A DNA stretch of 64,000 bases, taken from NCBI GenBank assembly GCA_951406725.2, contig OX597833.1, forward strand, positions 13,702,001 to 13,766,000. The letters are read 5' to 3'. Source of the stretch: Octopus vulgaris. Taxonomy: Eukaryota. Below the pieces are notes generated by a model. The model did not search any database. It saw only the letters and a program-made list of their open reading frames with translations, and was not told the origin of the DNA. Every line of letters begins with the position of its first letter. Within the stretch, counting starts at the first letter, position 1. Of this stretch, positions 1 to 12,011 are shown in pieces. A program made the position numbers and the translations under genes.

Positions 1-471
1 CGAATACGACAATGGGATAATCACCATCATCATCATAATTATTGTCGTCATCATCGTCGTCTCGTCACCAATAAATACCACCACCATCACGACTACATAA
101 CCTCTTACAAAGGCTCGGGCAACATATATCTAAAGCAGCAACAGTGTAATCCCAATGAGAACGGCAATACACATACAAGGGAAATAACTCTAAAAGGAAA
201 AACATGACTTGCAGGGGAAATAATTCTAAAGCATGAGCTATAATATTTTAGAGTTATTTCTCTTTGACTGTATAACGCTTTCTTTGGTTTAGAAAAAAAA
301 AAAATAAGTGTGCAATTTTTCAGAATATTTGAATGTTTATAGTTTCTATCCTTTACGTTCTTGGTCATAATTAAGCTAATGTCATTATTGCAATTAACAC
401 TGATTGACCCCTCCTCCCAAATTTCAGGCCTTGTGCACTTAGTAGAAAGGATTATTATTATTATTATTATT

Positions 472-845
472 ACCTTTGCACAACTTCTAACGCTGGAGAT
501 GTACTACAGTGTCAGCTGTTCACTACCAGTGAACTAATGTAAGATCCCTTATTTTTCGAGCACCTTCCGGAGTATTCGAGCGGTTCCAAGCAGCACTGTT
601 TTCTGCAAGTGCTCCACCATTATTGCAGCCCCTATTTGTTCCACGTACTGCTCGAGATCTTTGCTCACTGTTCCCAGAGCTTCGACAGTTATTGGTTCTA
701 CTACCACCTCCTTCATCGATCACGACTGCTTAACCTCCTAAGCTAACCTGTCATATCTATCGACTTTTCTTTCTTCCTTATCGTATACCTTGTTGTCAGC
801 TGGGCATGCTATATCTATGATCCATCATCGTTTGCTTCCTTCCTT
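472..845 (-). mobile_element. 3' fragment of an R4/Dong-like non-LTR retrotransposon (restriction-like endonuclease C-terminus plus 3' UTR)
   Basis: Homologous to 10906-11305; encodes ...IIDIACPADNKV...LQKTVLLGTARILR; bounded by (TAT)n on both sides. Confidence 0.72.
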
Positions 846-1704
846 CTATTATTATTATTATTGCAGAAGACTGGCAGAATTGTTAGCACTCTGAACGAAA
901 TGCTTGGCAGGATTTCGTCTGCTGTTACGTTCTGAGTTCAAATCCCGCCAAGTTCAACTTTTCCTTTCATTTTTTTTGGGGGGTGGGGTTAATAAATTAT
1001 GAACCAGTGAAGCTCTGAGATCGGTTTAATCGATTATCTTCTACCGCCAAAATGACTGCCCTTGTGGAAAATTTTGGAACTATTTTTTTTTTTCTGTCTT
1101 ATTCTTTTTGCCTGTTATAAAATAGAAATTTGAAGACTAATGATGTCATTCCATCAACGTGTGGACGCTGGTTGCTCTCGTTCACGTTTTGGATTTGAAT
1201 TTCTACGATTTTGAATTTTTATCACTTCTAATTTTGAACTTGATAAAGACAGATGTACTGTTGAAATATCATTCAACCAATAAAATATTTTACAATCGAA
1301 TCACATTCTTCGTCTTGACTGTTTACCTTTATGAAGAATTACGTCAATCCTTTTAAAAATATTATTATTATTGTTATTATTATAGCCGGCGTTGAGTTTA
1401 TCCCCTGCAACCAACTCATAATCCTTTAGGATGGTACCGACTGTCTCCACTTCAGAGGCATCTTCCCCCCACCTCTGTATGCTCTACATATGTCCTTTAT
1501 TTCTTTCTTTTGCCATTTCATTATATGTAGACCCCTAGACTTTATGTCTGTCTCTGTATTTACCCCCTCATCCTTTGCCTTTTTATCCTTTCAGGGTTGA
1601 TTAAATAAGTACCAGTTAATCATTGGGTTCGAATTAATCTCCTTGTCTGTCCCCTCAATGTTTAGCTCCCTGTTGTCAATAAAGAAATAAATCATTATTA
1701 TTAT

Positions 1705-2077
1705 TAAAGAATAAAATGTTTTGAATGATACAACAATGCACTATAATACAGTTAATGGGCTATAATAACCTGTTGTAATTTAGTCAACCATAGTCTGATA
1801 TGATATTTCGGAATAAAATTCCTTCTTCAGATATTCTTAGATGGAGTCACTGCTATAATCTATCTGATTATAAACCGATTATAGCAGTGACTCCATCAAT
1901 TCCTAAGAATATCTAAAGAAGGAATTTCATTTCTAAATATCATATCAGATTATTGATGACTAAATTACAAGTTATTATATCCCATTGACTGTATTGTAGT
2001 GCTTTGTTGTATCATTCAAAATATTTTATTCTTTATAAACAATACACAATGCTTCAAGCGAACTACAATACTATCCT
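1705..2077. mobile_element. Penelope-like inverted pseudo-LTR remnant (about 330-bp palindrome plus about 40-nt tail) with a hammerhead motif
   Basis: Arms about 1705-1860 and 1877-2035 are reverse complements. The minus arm holds ATAT-CTGAAGA-A-GGAA-TTTTA-TTCC-GAAA-TA-TC-ATAT at 1798-1834; the plus-arm copy is degenerate. Unpaired tail at 2036-2077. Confidence 0.7.
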
Positions 2078-2106
2078 ATTATTATTATTATTATTATTAT
2101 TATTAA

Positions 2107-2325
2107 GGCGGCGAGCTGGCAGAAACATTAGCACGGCGGGTGAAATGCTTAGCGGTATTTCGTCTGCCGTTACATACTGAGTTCAAATTCCGTCGAGGTC
2201 GACTTTGCCTTTCATACTTTCGGGGTAGATTAAATAAGTACCAGTTACGCATTGGGGTCGATGTAATCGACTTAATCCGTTTGTTTCCTCTATGTTTAGC
2301 CCCTTGTGGGTAGTAAAGAAATAGG
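2107..2325 (+). mobile_element. SINE family 2 (tRNA-derived, gcctttcatcctttcggggtcga core), representative copy with a LINE-like tail
   Basis: ggcggcgagctggcagaaac...gagttcaaattcc...tttagccccttgtgggtagtaaagaaatagg. Dozens of copies, with tandem clusters at 16575-16998, 25350-25857 and 34260-34722. Confidence 0.9.
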
Positions 2326-2498
2326 TATTTCGTCTGTCTTTACGTTCTGAGTTCAAATTCCGCCAAAGTCAACTTTGCCTTTCATCCTTTAGGGGGTCAA
2401 TAAATTAAGTACCAGTTGAATACTGGGGTCGATCTAATCGACTGCCCCCTCCTCCAAAATTTCGAGCTTTGTGCCTAGAGTAGAAAAGATTATCCTTA

Positions 2499-2537
<39 letters not shown>

Positions 2538-3869
2538 GGGCAGCGAGCTGGCAGAGTTGGTAGCACACCAGACGAAATGCTTTGCAGCATTTCGTCCATC
2601 TTTACGTTGAGGGTTTCAAATTCCGCCGAGGTTGAGTTTGCCCTTTCATCCTTTCGGGGGGGGGGTCAACAAAATAAGTACAGATGAGGTTGATGTAATT
2701 GACTGGCCCCTCCCCTCAATTTATTGACCTTGTGCCTATGATAGAAAAAGAGTATTATTATCATTCGACTAAAACAATTCTTCGACGTGGTGCCCCAGCA
2801 TGGCCGGAGTCCAATGACTGAAACAAGTAAAAGATAAAAGATTATTGGCAAACTGGCTGACCGTTAGCTGACCGGCCGGACAAAATGCTTCGTGGCATTT
2901 CTTCCGGCTTAGAAATCTGATTCTTGCCAGGGTCGGACTTTACCTTTCATTCATAACAGAGTTGATTGAATAAAGGAACCGGTCAAGTGTGTGGGGGTGG
3001 GGTGGAGGTGGTCGTGTTGGAGTGTTGATGATGAAGATGGTGGTGGTAATGATGATGATGAGGGAGATGATGACGATGATAATGATGATGAGGTGGTGAT
3101 GGTGATGACGGTGGAGAAGTTGATGAAGACGATAGTCATGACGAAGATGATGTGGTGGTGATGGTGACAAATGATGATGATGATGGTGGTGGTGGTGGTG
3201 ATGACGGTGGAGAAGTTGATGAAGATGATTGTGACGATGATGACAATGATGATGTGGTGATGAGATGGTGAGGGTGATGACGGTGGAGAAGTTGATGAAG
3301 ACGATGGTGATGACGATGTTGATTACGACAATGATGATGATGATGTGGTGATGATGGTGGTGGTGATGGTGGAGATGATGCTGACAATGATGATGATGAT
3401 GGTGGTGGTGGTGGTGATGAAGACGATGATTATGACAATGATGATGATGACGATGATAAGAACTTAACTATAATGTTATGACATTTAGAGCAAAAGCACA
3501 AAAGAAAAATCAAAGAATCAGATTCTTTTTTTTTGTTTTTCGGATGGAATTCAAACGGGGAGAATAAAAAAAAATAAGAAAAATAAATAAGAAGCAAAAA
3601 TAATAGAAAATAAAACGAAAAAGAAAGCAAAAAATCCGACTTTGTTTTAATATAGACATCAGTAGATTTCATGGAGGACTGTCTACATGGGAAGGACTAT
3701 GGCAGACACCACAACATCCACCCGGGGTGGTGGTGGTGGTGGTGCAATGGTTCGGGTGGTGGCGTTAAGGTAATAGAGTCAGAGGAGAAAACAGATCTGA
3801 TGTTGCAAGGTGTGGTGGAGGCGGTGGTGGAAGATAAAACAAAACAAAAAGAAACTAAATCAGCAAAAA

Positions 3870-4600
3870 GACTAGTAGTAGTGGTGGTGGTAGTGGTAGT
3901 TGTAGAGGCGGTGGTGGTAGTAGTAGTAGTAGAGGTGGTGGTCGTGGTAGTAGTTGTAGAGGTGGTGGTGGTGGTAGTAGTTGTAGAGGTGGTGGGTAGT
4001 AGTAGTTGTAGTGGTGGTGGTGGTAGTGGTGGTGGTGGTAGTAGTTGTAGAGGTGGTGGTAGTAGTGGTGGTGGTGGTAGTAGTTGTAGAGGTGGTGGTA
4101 GTAGTAGTAGTGGTGGTGGTGGTAGTAGTTGTAGAGGTGGTGGTGGTAGTAGTAGTAGTAGAGGTGGTGGTAGTAGTGGTGGTGGTGGTAGTAGTTGTAG
4201 AGGTGGTGGTAGTAGTAGTGGTGGTGGTGGTAGTAGTTGTAGAGGTGGTGGTAGTAGTGGTGGTGGTGGTAGTAGTTGTAGAGGTGGTGGTAGTAGTGGT
4301 GGTGGTGGTAGTAGTTGTAGTAGAGGTGGTGGTAGTAGTAGTAGTGGTGGTGGTGGTAGTAGTTGTAGTAGAGGTGATGGTAGTAGTAGTAGTGGTGGTG
4401 GTGGTAGTAGTAGTAGTAGAGGTGATGGTAGTAGTAGTAGTGGTGGTGGTGGTAGTAGTAGTAGTAGCAGCAGTATTAGTAGTGGTGGTGGTAATAGCAG
4501 CAGTAATGGTAGTAGTAGTACTATAGTAGTAGTAGTAGTAGTAATAGAAGCAGTAATGGTAGTAGTAGTGGTGGTGGTGGTAGTGGTGGTGGTGATGGCA
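3870..4600 (+). repeat. Compound (GTG/GTA)n trinucleotide minisatellite
   Basis: Higher-order unit gtagttgtagaggtggtggtagtagtggtggtggtggta repeated; explains the Gly/Ser/Val ORFs. Confidence 0.9.
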
Positions 4601-5765
4601 TCAGCAGCCGTAGTTATGATTGTAGCGAAAGTTCTTGAGAGAGAAAGAGATTTACCATTTTGCAGGACATCAATTCTCTTTTCTTCACCAGCAAATGTAT
4701 GCCATGAGACAGAGTGTGTGTGTGTGTGTGTGTGTGTGCAAATATATGTGTGTGTGTGTGTGTGAATATATATATGTATGCATGTGTGTGAATATGTGTG
4801 AGTGTGTGTGTGTGTGTGTGTGAATATATGTTATATATATATGTGTGTATGTGAGAAAAAAAAAATATATATATATATATATTTCTCTTTCTCTTTTACT
4901 TGTTTCAGTTATTTGACTGCGGCCATGCTGGAGCACCACCTTTAGTCGATCAAATCAACTCCAGGTCTTATTCTTTGTAAGTCTAGTACTTATTCTATCG
5001 GTCCCTATTGCCGAACCGCTAATTTACAGGGACGTAAACACAACTGCATCAGTTGTCAAGCGATGTTGGGGGGGACAAACACAGACACACACACATATAC
5101 ATATATATACGACGGGCTTCTTTCAGTTTCCGTCTACCAAATCCACTCACAAGGCCCGAGGCTATAGTAGAAGACACTTGCCCAAGGTGCCATGCAGTGG
5201 GAATGAACCCGGAACCATGTGGTTCGACCTCAACAGAATTTGAACTCAGGACGTAACGGCAGACAGAATATGGCTAAGCATTTCATTCAGCATGCAAATG
5301 ATTCCGCCAACTCACCACCTCGTTAATAATAATAATAATAAAAATAATGATAATGATAATAATAATAATGATGATGATGATGATCATCATCATTTAATGT
5401 CCGTTTTTCCGTGCTAGCATGGGTTGCACGGTTCAACCGGGGTCTGGGAAGCCAGGAGGCTGCACCAGGCTCCAGTCTGATCTGGCAATGTTTCTACAGC
5501 TGGATGCCCTTCCTAACGCCAACCACTCCTTGAGTGTAGTGGGTGCTTTTTACGTGCCACCGGCACAGGTATCACAACTACAACTTCCATTTGATATTTA
5601 TTTTGACGTTGATGTACTTGACTCAATAGGTCTCCTCAAGCATTGCAGGTCATCCTACAATCCAAGGTAAGCACAGCAGGTCGTTCTGCAATCCAAGGAA
5701 CTTTGGATGGGCTGGGGTTAAGCGAAATTGGTGCAGGAAACAGCCATGAACTCACATTATTTGTC

Positions 5766-5799
<34 letters not shown>

Positions 5800-6215
5800 T
5801 CTTAATTCTTTCTTTATTGACCGCAAGGGCAGCACACCAAACAAAAGGACAATACGAAAACAAGGGACAGTAGGGGTTCACAAAAAACCCATAAATGATA
5901 AAACCATAACAATTAACAATAAAATTAAAAACAATGAAATACCCCATTAGCAGTGAGCAGCACCCAGGGGTGGTCAACGAACCCCACAGATCCCAGGTCA
6001 CCCTACTCACCAAGTACCCCATGGTAAGTGCTCCTCTCTTCTCCGTGAATTCCAGCTTAGGGGTGCAAGCTTTGAATAGGACCCTTTTGTTGGGCCTTTC
6101 TCATACCATTCAACACCAACCTGCTTCTCCGCTCTCACTTTCCTTTCTGAGCGGAACCTGAAAAAGATGAGGATGGACTGGCTTGCAGAGAAAAGTGTCT
6201 GGCCTCTATACATTG
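5800..6215 (-). mobile_element. 3' end of an L1/Tx1-like LINE (inferred)
   Basis: Degraded ORF end (GQTLFSASQSILIFFRFR..RKVRAEK) followed by a UTR ending cccttgcggtcaataaagaaa and (ATT)n. Related pieces lie at 48040-48360 and 48545-48605/49176-49400. Confidence 0.45.
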
Positions 6216-6558
6216 GCCTCAGTACTTACTTGATACTCATTTCATCGGCCCTGAAAGGATGAAAGGTAAAGTCGACCTAGGCAGTGTTTGAACTCAGAAC
6301 CACCATCATCATTATCATCATTGACGGACAGAAATACCGCTAAGTATTTTGCTTGGCATGCTAACGATTCTGCCAGCTCACTGCCTTCATAATAATAATA
6401 ATAATAATACTAATAAATAAATAAATAACTTCCAACTTGTTGTCTCTTGAGGTCTCTGGGTGCGACTTGGAGCCAACTTGTACAAATGTAAAGCAAAAGT
6501 CAAACATAAAATAATAATAATAATAATGATCCGTCTGATAAGAGTACACTAGGCACAT

Positions 6559-6728
6559 GCATCACAACCATATGTGCGCGACATGGTGATCTCATATCAA
6601 GATACACAGCGCATGACCTTGCAAGTGGGACCCAGTTAGAATTTTCTTCTGGTCAAGTAGCCCATCCCACTCAAAAGGTCTTTGAATAAGGATTGTTTAA
6701 GGATGTTGAATGAATCACCCATGTTTCC

Positions 6729-6771
<43 letters not shown>

Positions 6772-7070
6772 CATTAACCAGTTAAGCATGTCCCTTAGTG
6801 GCTGACGATATGTGCATCTCTGATCACGAGCAGAAGTAGTGGGGGAGCATCATAGCCATGTGTTGAGAGGGATTATTTGGGGTTTGGATAATTCACTTTT
6901 GGAAACATGGGTGGTTCGTTCAACATCCTTAAATAATCCTTATTCAAGGACCTTTTCAGTGGGATGGGTTACTTAGCCTGAAGAAAATTCTAACTGGGCC
7001 CCACCTGCAAGGTCATGTGCTGTGTATCTTGATATGAGATCACCATGTCGCGCACATATGCGTTGTGATG
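6559..7070. repeat. Inverted pair of about 170-bp LINE-derived fragments (probably RTE 3' UTR)
   Basis: 6559-6729 is the reverse complement of 6900-7070 (catcacaaccatatgtgcgcgacatggtgatctc...cccatgtttcca). Confidence 0.7.
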
Positions 7071-7319
7071 GTGCTTTTTATGTGCCACCGGTACAGGTAT
7101 CACAACTACAATTTCCATTTGATAACAATAAATAATGATAATAATAGCATTATAATTCAACAGCATCAAATTGTCAACAACAACGATAGCAACATCAACA
7201 CTATTTATTGTCAGGTGTACAAAAAAATAACTGCATCATCGAAAGAGAATAGAAAAAAAAAATAACAATGATTTTTTTTTTTTTATATATATTGGCAATA
7301 AGTCCAATAATTATTATGA

Positions 7320-7361
<42 letters not shown>

Positions 7362-7785
7362 TAATAATAATAATAGTTATAATGGTAATTTTGCCTTTCT
7401 TCTTGGAATTTTTTTTTTTTGGGGGGGGGGTGAGGAGGGGGGGCTATTGTTTTTTGTTTATTTTTTTCAGGTGGGGGTCGGGGAGGGAGCGGACATGAAT
7501 GTTTTAAGTGAAGAAAAGGGGGATGATTATAAAGACCTTTGTCAAAAATATAACATTTTAGTTCTGTTTTTTTTTTTTTTCCATATTTTAAAATTTATTA
7601 TTTTAATGTTGTTTTTGTGATTGATTTGCAGACAAACACGGGTGAATGGGTGGGTGGGTAGGATTGTTTTTTTTTCTTCTTCTTGAGTCCTGTTTATTTA
7701 TTTATTTATTATTTTTTTTTTTGAAATGCTGGTGGGATATGGGGGGAGGCGAAGATGAGATGGTGGCGGTGGTGGAGGTGATGAT

Positions 7786-7821
<36 letters not shown>

Positions 7822-7892
7822 GAAAGTGAGACACTCATAAATATTTAGCAAGGGAGACAACAATGAAAAGTCTGACATTAATAATTGTCTGC

Positions 7893-7970
<78 letters not shown>

Positions 7971-8035
7971 TGTATGTATGTGTACAAATATATATTATGT
8001 TTGTATAGAGGCATATATATGTATGTAGTTATGTA

Positions 8036-8066
<31 letters not shown>

Positions 8067-8241
8067 GCATACATATACTTATATATTATGTGTGTGTGTA
8101 TATATATATAATGTATATATATATGTGTGTATATATATATATATGTGTGTGTATATATATATATATACACACATATATATATACATACATATATATATAA
8201 TGTTTATATATAAATATATATATATATGTATATACACATGT

Positions 8242-8279
<38 letters not shown>

Positions 8280-8778
8280 TTAATCACACACATGCACACA
8301 CTCACAGGTGTGTGTGTGTGTATGCATATATGTGTATGGAAGCATGGTGATGCTATAATATCACTGTTGGTTGAGAAAGTATGGCTGGACAACGCCAAAG
8401 TGTGAGACACCCGTCCAAGCAGAGGCCTTGTAGTGAGTGGCCAGTGACCCATCTCCGACAGCAAGATGGTTGGCCCTGAAAAAACTGGATCAAACCAGTT
8501 GCAAACAGGGGCCTCATAAGTGGAAGCCCTAACAAGCACAGTAAAGCGTTGCGTTAGTTTACAGTGCGGGGTTTAACTGAGGCCCAATTTTAATACTGTG
8601 CCCTACTGAAATAGAGGGAGCACAATGTTGCTAAATAATACTTAGCTCCTTTGTGAGTCTTAGACTCAAAGGGCTGGTTTCCTGGAGTCCCTGGCGTATG
8701 TACTCCCTTCGTCACAAGTATACCTAATTTTCCATTATTTACATTTGACGGATATTTGTCCTCATCTTGTTTGCTGTT

Positions 8779-8824
8779 AACACAACGTTTCGGCTGATAT
8801 ACTCTCCAGCCTTCATCAGGTGTC
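8779..8824 (-). ncRNA. Minimal type-I hammerhead ribozyme motif
   Basis: GACAC-CTGATGA-A-GGCTG-(10-nt loop)-CAGCC-GAAA-CG-TT-GTGTT: intact core, 5-bp stems I and II, palindromic ACGT in place of stem III. Confidence 0.8.
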
Positions 8825-9069
8825 TTGGGAAAATTTCGTACCTGTGTTCTCATTCCTAAGGCATTTATTTTTCGATGTTAATATTATTATTATTATTATT
8901 CAGGTCACTGCTTGGAATCGAACTCGGAATCTTAGGGTTAGTAACCCACACTCTTAACCACAATGCCATATGCCATAGGCATATATGTGTATGTATATAT
9001 ATATAATTATATATATATATATGTATAATTATATATATATGTATATATATATATATGTATAATTATATA

Positions 9070-9114
<45 letters not shown>

Positions 9115-9259
9115 GCATATGGCATAGTTGTTAAAAATGCAGGCTACTAACCCCAAGATTCTGAGTTCGATCCCAGGCAGTGACCTGAATAATAACAATA
9201 ATAATAACAACATCGAAAAATACCTTGGAAATGAGAACCCAGGTTCGAAATTTCCCCAA

Positions 9260-9305
9260 GACACCTGATGAAGGCTGGAGGGTATTACAGCCGAAATGTT
9301 GTGTT
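9260..9305 (+). ncRNA. Minimal type-I hammerhead ribozyme motif (CpG-decayed stem III)
   Basis: GACAC-CTGATGA-A-GGCTG-GAGGGTATTA-CAGCC-GAAA-TG-TT-GTGTT. Confidence 0.72.
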
Positions 9306-9769
9306 AACAACAAACAAAATGAGGACAAATATCCGTCGAATGTAAATAATGTACCGAATTCCTCATCTCTTGAATATAGAAGTGTATACCTAATTTTGCC
9401 AGGTGAACAAACTGAAACAATGTGGAGTGAAGAGTGTTGCTCAAGAACACAATGCAATGCCCGGTGAAAGGATCGAAACCATGACCTTATGACCATGTGT
9501 CCCAACATCCTGACCACTAAGGTATCGTGCCTCCCACAAATTGTACAAAAGCTGACGGATAAATACAAGAAAAATATCTCCAAACACATACACAAAAAAA
9601 AAAAAACAAATGGCCCCTAATTCTGTGGGGTGACAGTAGCAGTTTTTTAAAGATGAGGACATCAAGGCCCCAAATGAAAAAAAGGGAAGGAAATGCCTTA
9701 AAATAATTAGCAATCTCTTTCATGAAGGAATTATGGTTTTTTTTTTCTTTCAATAGAGCTGGGAAAAAG

Positions 9770-9802
<33 letters not shown>

Positions 9803-10337
9803 ATGGTGGTGGAAGAGACTGTCAAGAAACAATAGCAATGAGAACAACAACAACAACAACAACAACAACAATAATAATAATAATGATAATAATAATAATA
9901 ATAATAATAATGATAATAGTAATAATAATAATAATCCTTTCTACTATAGACACAGGGCCTGAAATTTTGAGGGAAAGGGCAAGTTGATGACATCGATCCG
10001 AGTGCGTAACTGGTACTTAATTTATTGACCCCGAAAGGATGAAAGGCAATGTCGACCTCGGCAGAATTTGAACTCAGAACGTAGCAGTAGACAAAATACC
10101 GCTAAGCATTTCACCCGGCGTTCTAACAATTCTGCCAGCTTGCCACCTTAAAAAAAAAAACAAAGACAAAAAAACAACAACAATAATAACGATGATAATA
10201 ATGACAATTCCTTCTAATTTTGAATGAAGGTCAGCACTTTTGAGGGGAGGGGCAAGTCAATCACATCGACCACAGTGTTTGACTCAGAAATGATTTTATT
10301 GGTTCCGAAAGAAAGAACGGGGAAGTCAACCATGGTA

Positions 10338-10374
<37 letters not shown>

Positions 10375-10664
10375 AGCAATAACCACGCCTTGGATAACCC
10401 TCATTGGCTATGGTACCGCCTAGACTGAACAGTGGAATGATCCCTCCGCAAATCCCTATACTGGTGGTAAAGGGTACTCATAATTAGAAATCCCTTAAAC
10501 TGATCCCTTGATCTCGGCCAAATGTCTGAGTGAATTGGCAGACCCACTTGGGTTGTGATGGTATGGACAGCGAAAGGAGCTGGGGGGTGGGTAGCCATTT
10601 AAAAACAACAACAACAACAACAATAATAATAATAATGATATAATAATAATAATAATAATGATAA

Positions 10665-10880
10665 ATATTCAGACAAGTACATAACAAAAACCACAGGACT
10701 TACTAGTATTTATAACATACAGAAAATAACACTACCAGGTACTGCACACATCCTACGTAAAACACTTTCAATATAGTGAAAATGAGAGCACCACCACAAA
10801 CTACAGCACATACCCCAGGCACACAGAGCTGCGCTCGGTAGTGCAGTGAAAGCACGTGATAAGAATAAGGCTACTGAATA
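10665..10880 (+). mobile_element. 3' end of a second R4/Dong-like family
   Basis: Encodes KYITKTTGLTSIYNIQKITLPGTAHILRKTLSI*, the same Q....GTA.ILR terminus; flanked by (TAA)n. Confidence 0.62.
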
Positions 10881-10905
10881 ATAATTAATAATAATAATAA
10901 TAATT

Positions 10906-11305
10906 ATGGAAGCCAGACATAGTCTAAATTGATAAAGAAAACAAACTCTTATGGATCATAGATATAGCATGCCCAGCTGACAACAAGGTATGCGATAAGG
11001 AAGAAAGAAAAGTCGAGAGATATGACAGGTTAGCTTGGGAAGTTAAAGCAGTTGTGGTCGATGAAAAAGGTAGCAGTAGTAACATTAATTGTCGGAGCCC
11101 TGGGATCAGTGAGCGAAAATCTTGAGAAGTATGTGGAAGAAATAAGGGCTGCAATAAGGGTGGACCACTTGCAGAAAACAGGACTGCTTGGAACCGCTTG
11201 AATACTCCGGGTAGCACTCAGAAAATAAGAGGTGTTACCTTAGTTCACTGGTAGTGAACAGCTGACGCTGTAGTACATCTCCAGCATTAGAAGCTGTGCA
11301 AAGGC
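10906..11305 (+). mobile_element. 3' fragment of an R4/Dong-like non-LTR retrotransposon
   Basis: Frameshifted KPDIV.IDKENKLLWIIDIACPADNKVCDKEERKVERYDRLAWEV...IVGALG...LQKTGLLGTA, a PD-(D/E)xK endonuclease region; inserted within (TAA)n. Confidence 0.78.
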
Positions 11306-12011
11306 AATAATAATAATAATAATAATAATAATTCTGACTACTATAGGTATAACGCCTGAAATTTTGGAAGTGGGGACCAGTCGGTTATATTGATCCCAGT
11401 ATGTCACTGGTACTTTATTCATCGACTCCCCCTCCCTCTCCTGAAGAGATGACAGGCCAAGTTGACCTCGGCAGGATTTGAAACACAGCAGTAACAATAA
11501 TCGTTTCCGCTATAGGCACAAGTCCAGCAATTTCGGGGGAGGTGCGGTGTAAGGTGATTACATTGAGACCCCAGTGCTCGACTGGTACTTGTTTTATCGA
11601 CTCTCCCCCCACCCCCCTGGAAGGATGACAGGCAGAGTACACCTCGGCAGAATTTGAAAACTCAACAACAACAACAACATAACAATAATAACGGCAACAA
11701 ACAAACTTAAAGTTGAAAAACTCGGTCAACAAAGATGAAATAACGAAGGCAAAAATCTTTGCTCAGAGGCAAGGAATTTAAAGTAAACATCACTACGAGT
11801 TTCGATAAAAAGTCTCCTACCAGTTATATTTGGTTTAACGTATCATCACAGAATATATGAAGGATGGTTGGGAAGAGGAAGCTCAATACACAGGGATAGG
11901 TAACAAAATAATGACAAACTCTTAACTCCCCTTGCTCCAAATCTGGAGAGGCTGAGGCGAGCTTTGTAAATTCTGTTATTTAATTCCTGCTGTGTTACTA
12001 TTCTATTCTAT

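Larger units (their letters stand above)
8733..9386. mobile_element. Inverted dimer of a tRNA-headed, hammerhead-carrying SINE-like element (Penelope-type architecture), locus A
   Basis: Minus arm 8733-8970 and plus arm about 9117-9386, separated by (TA)n. Each arm is a tRNA-like head (box A TGGCRTWGTKG, box B GTTCGATYC), then (AAT)n, then a body with a hammerhead. Direct repeat gtatacctaatttt at 8718-8731 and 9384-9397. The insertion interrupts an older SINE. Confidence 0.85.

Noticed and set aside
4655-4710. Possible small exon on either strand
   Set aside because: Only one convincing splice site per orientation and no recognisable peptide.
3671-4765. 364-aa Gly/Ser/Val-rich ORF
   Set aside because: Translation of (GTG/GTA)n and (TG)n microsatellites; overlapping frames are open as well; no domain or splice support.
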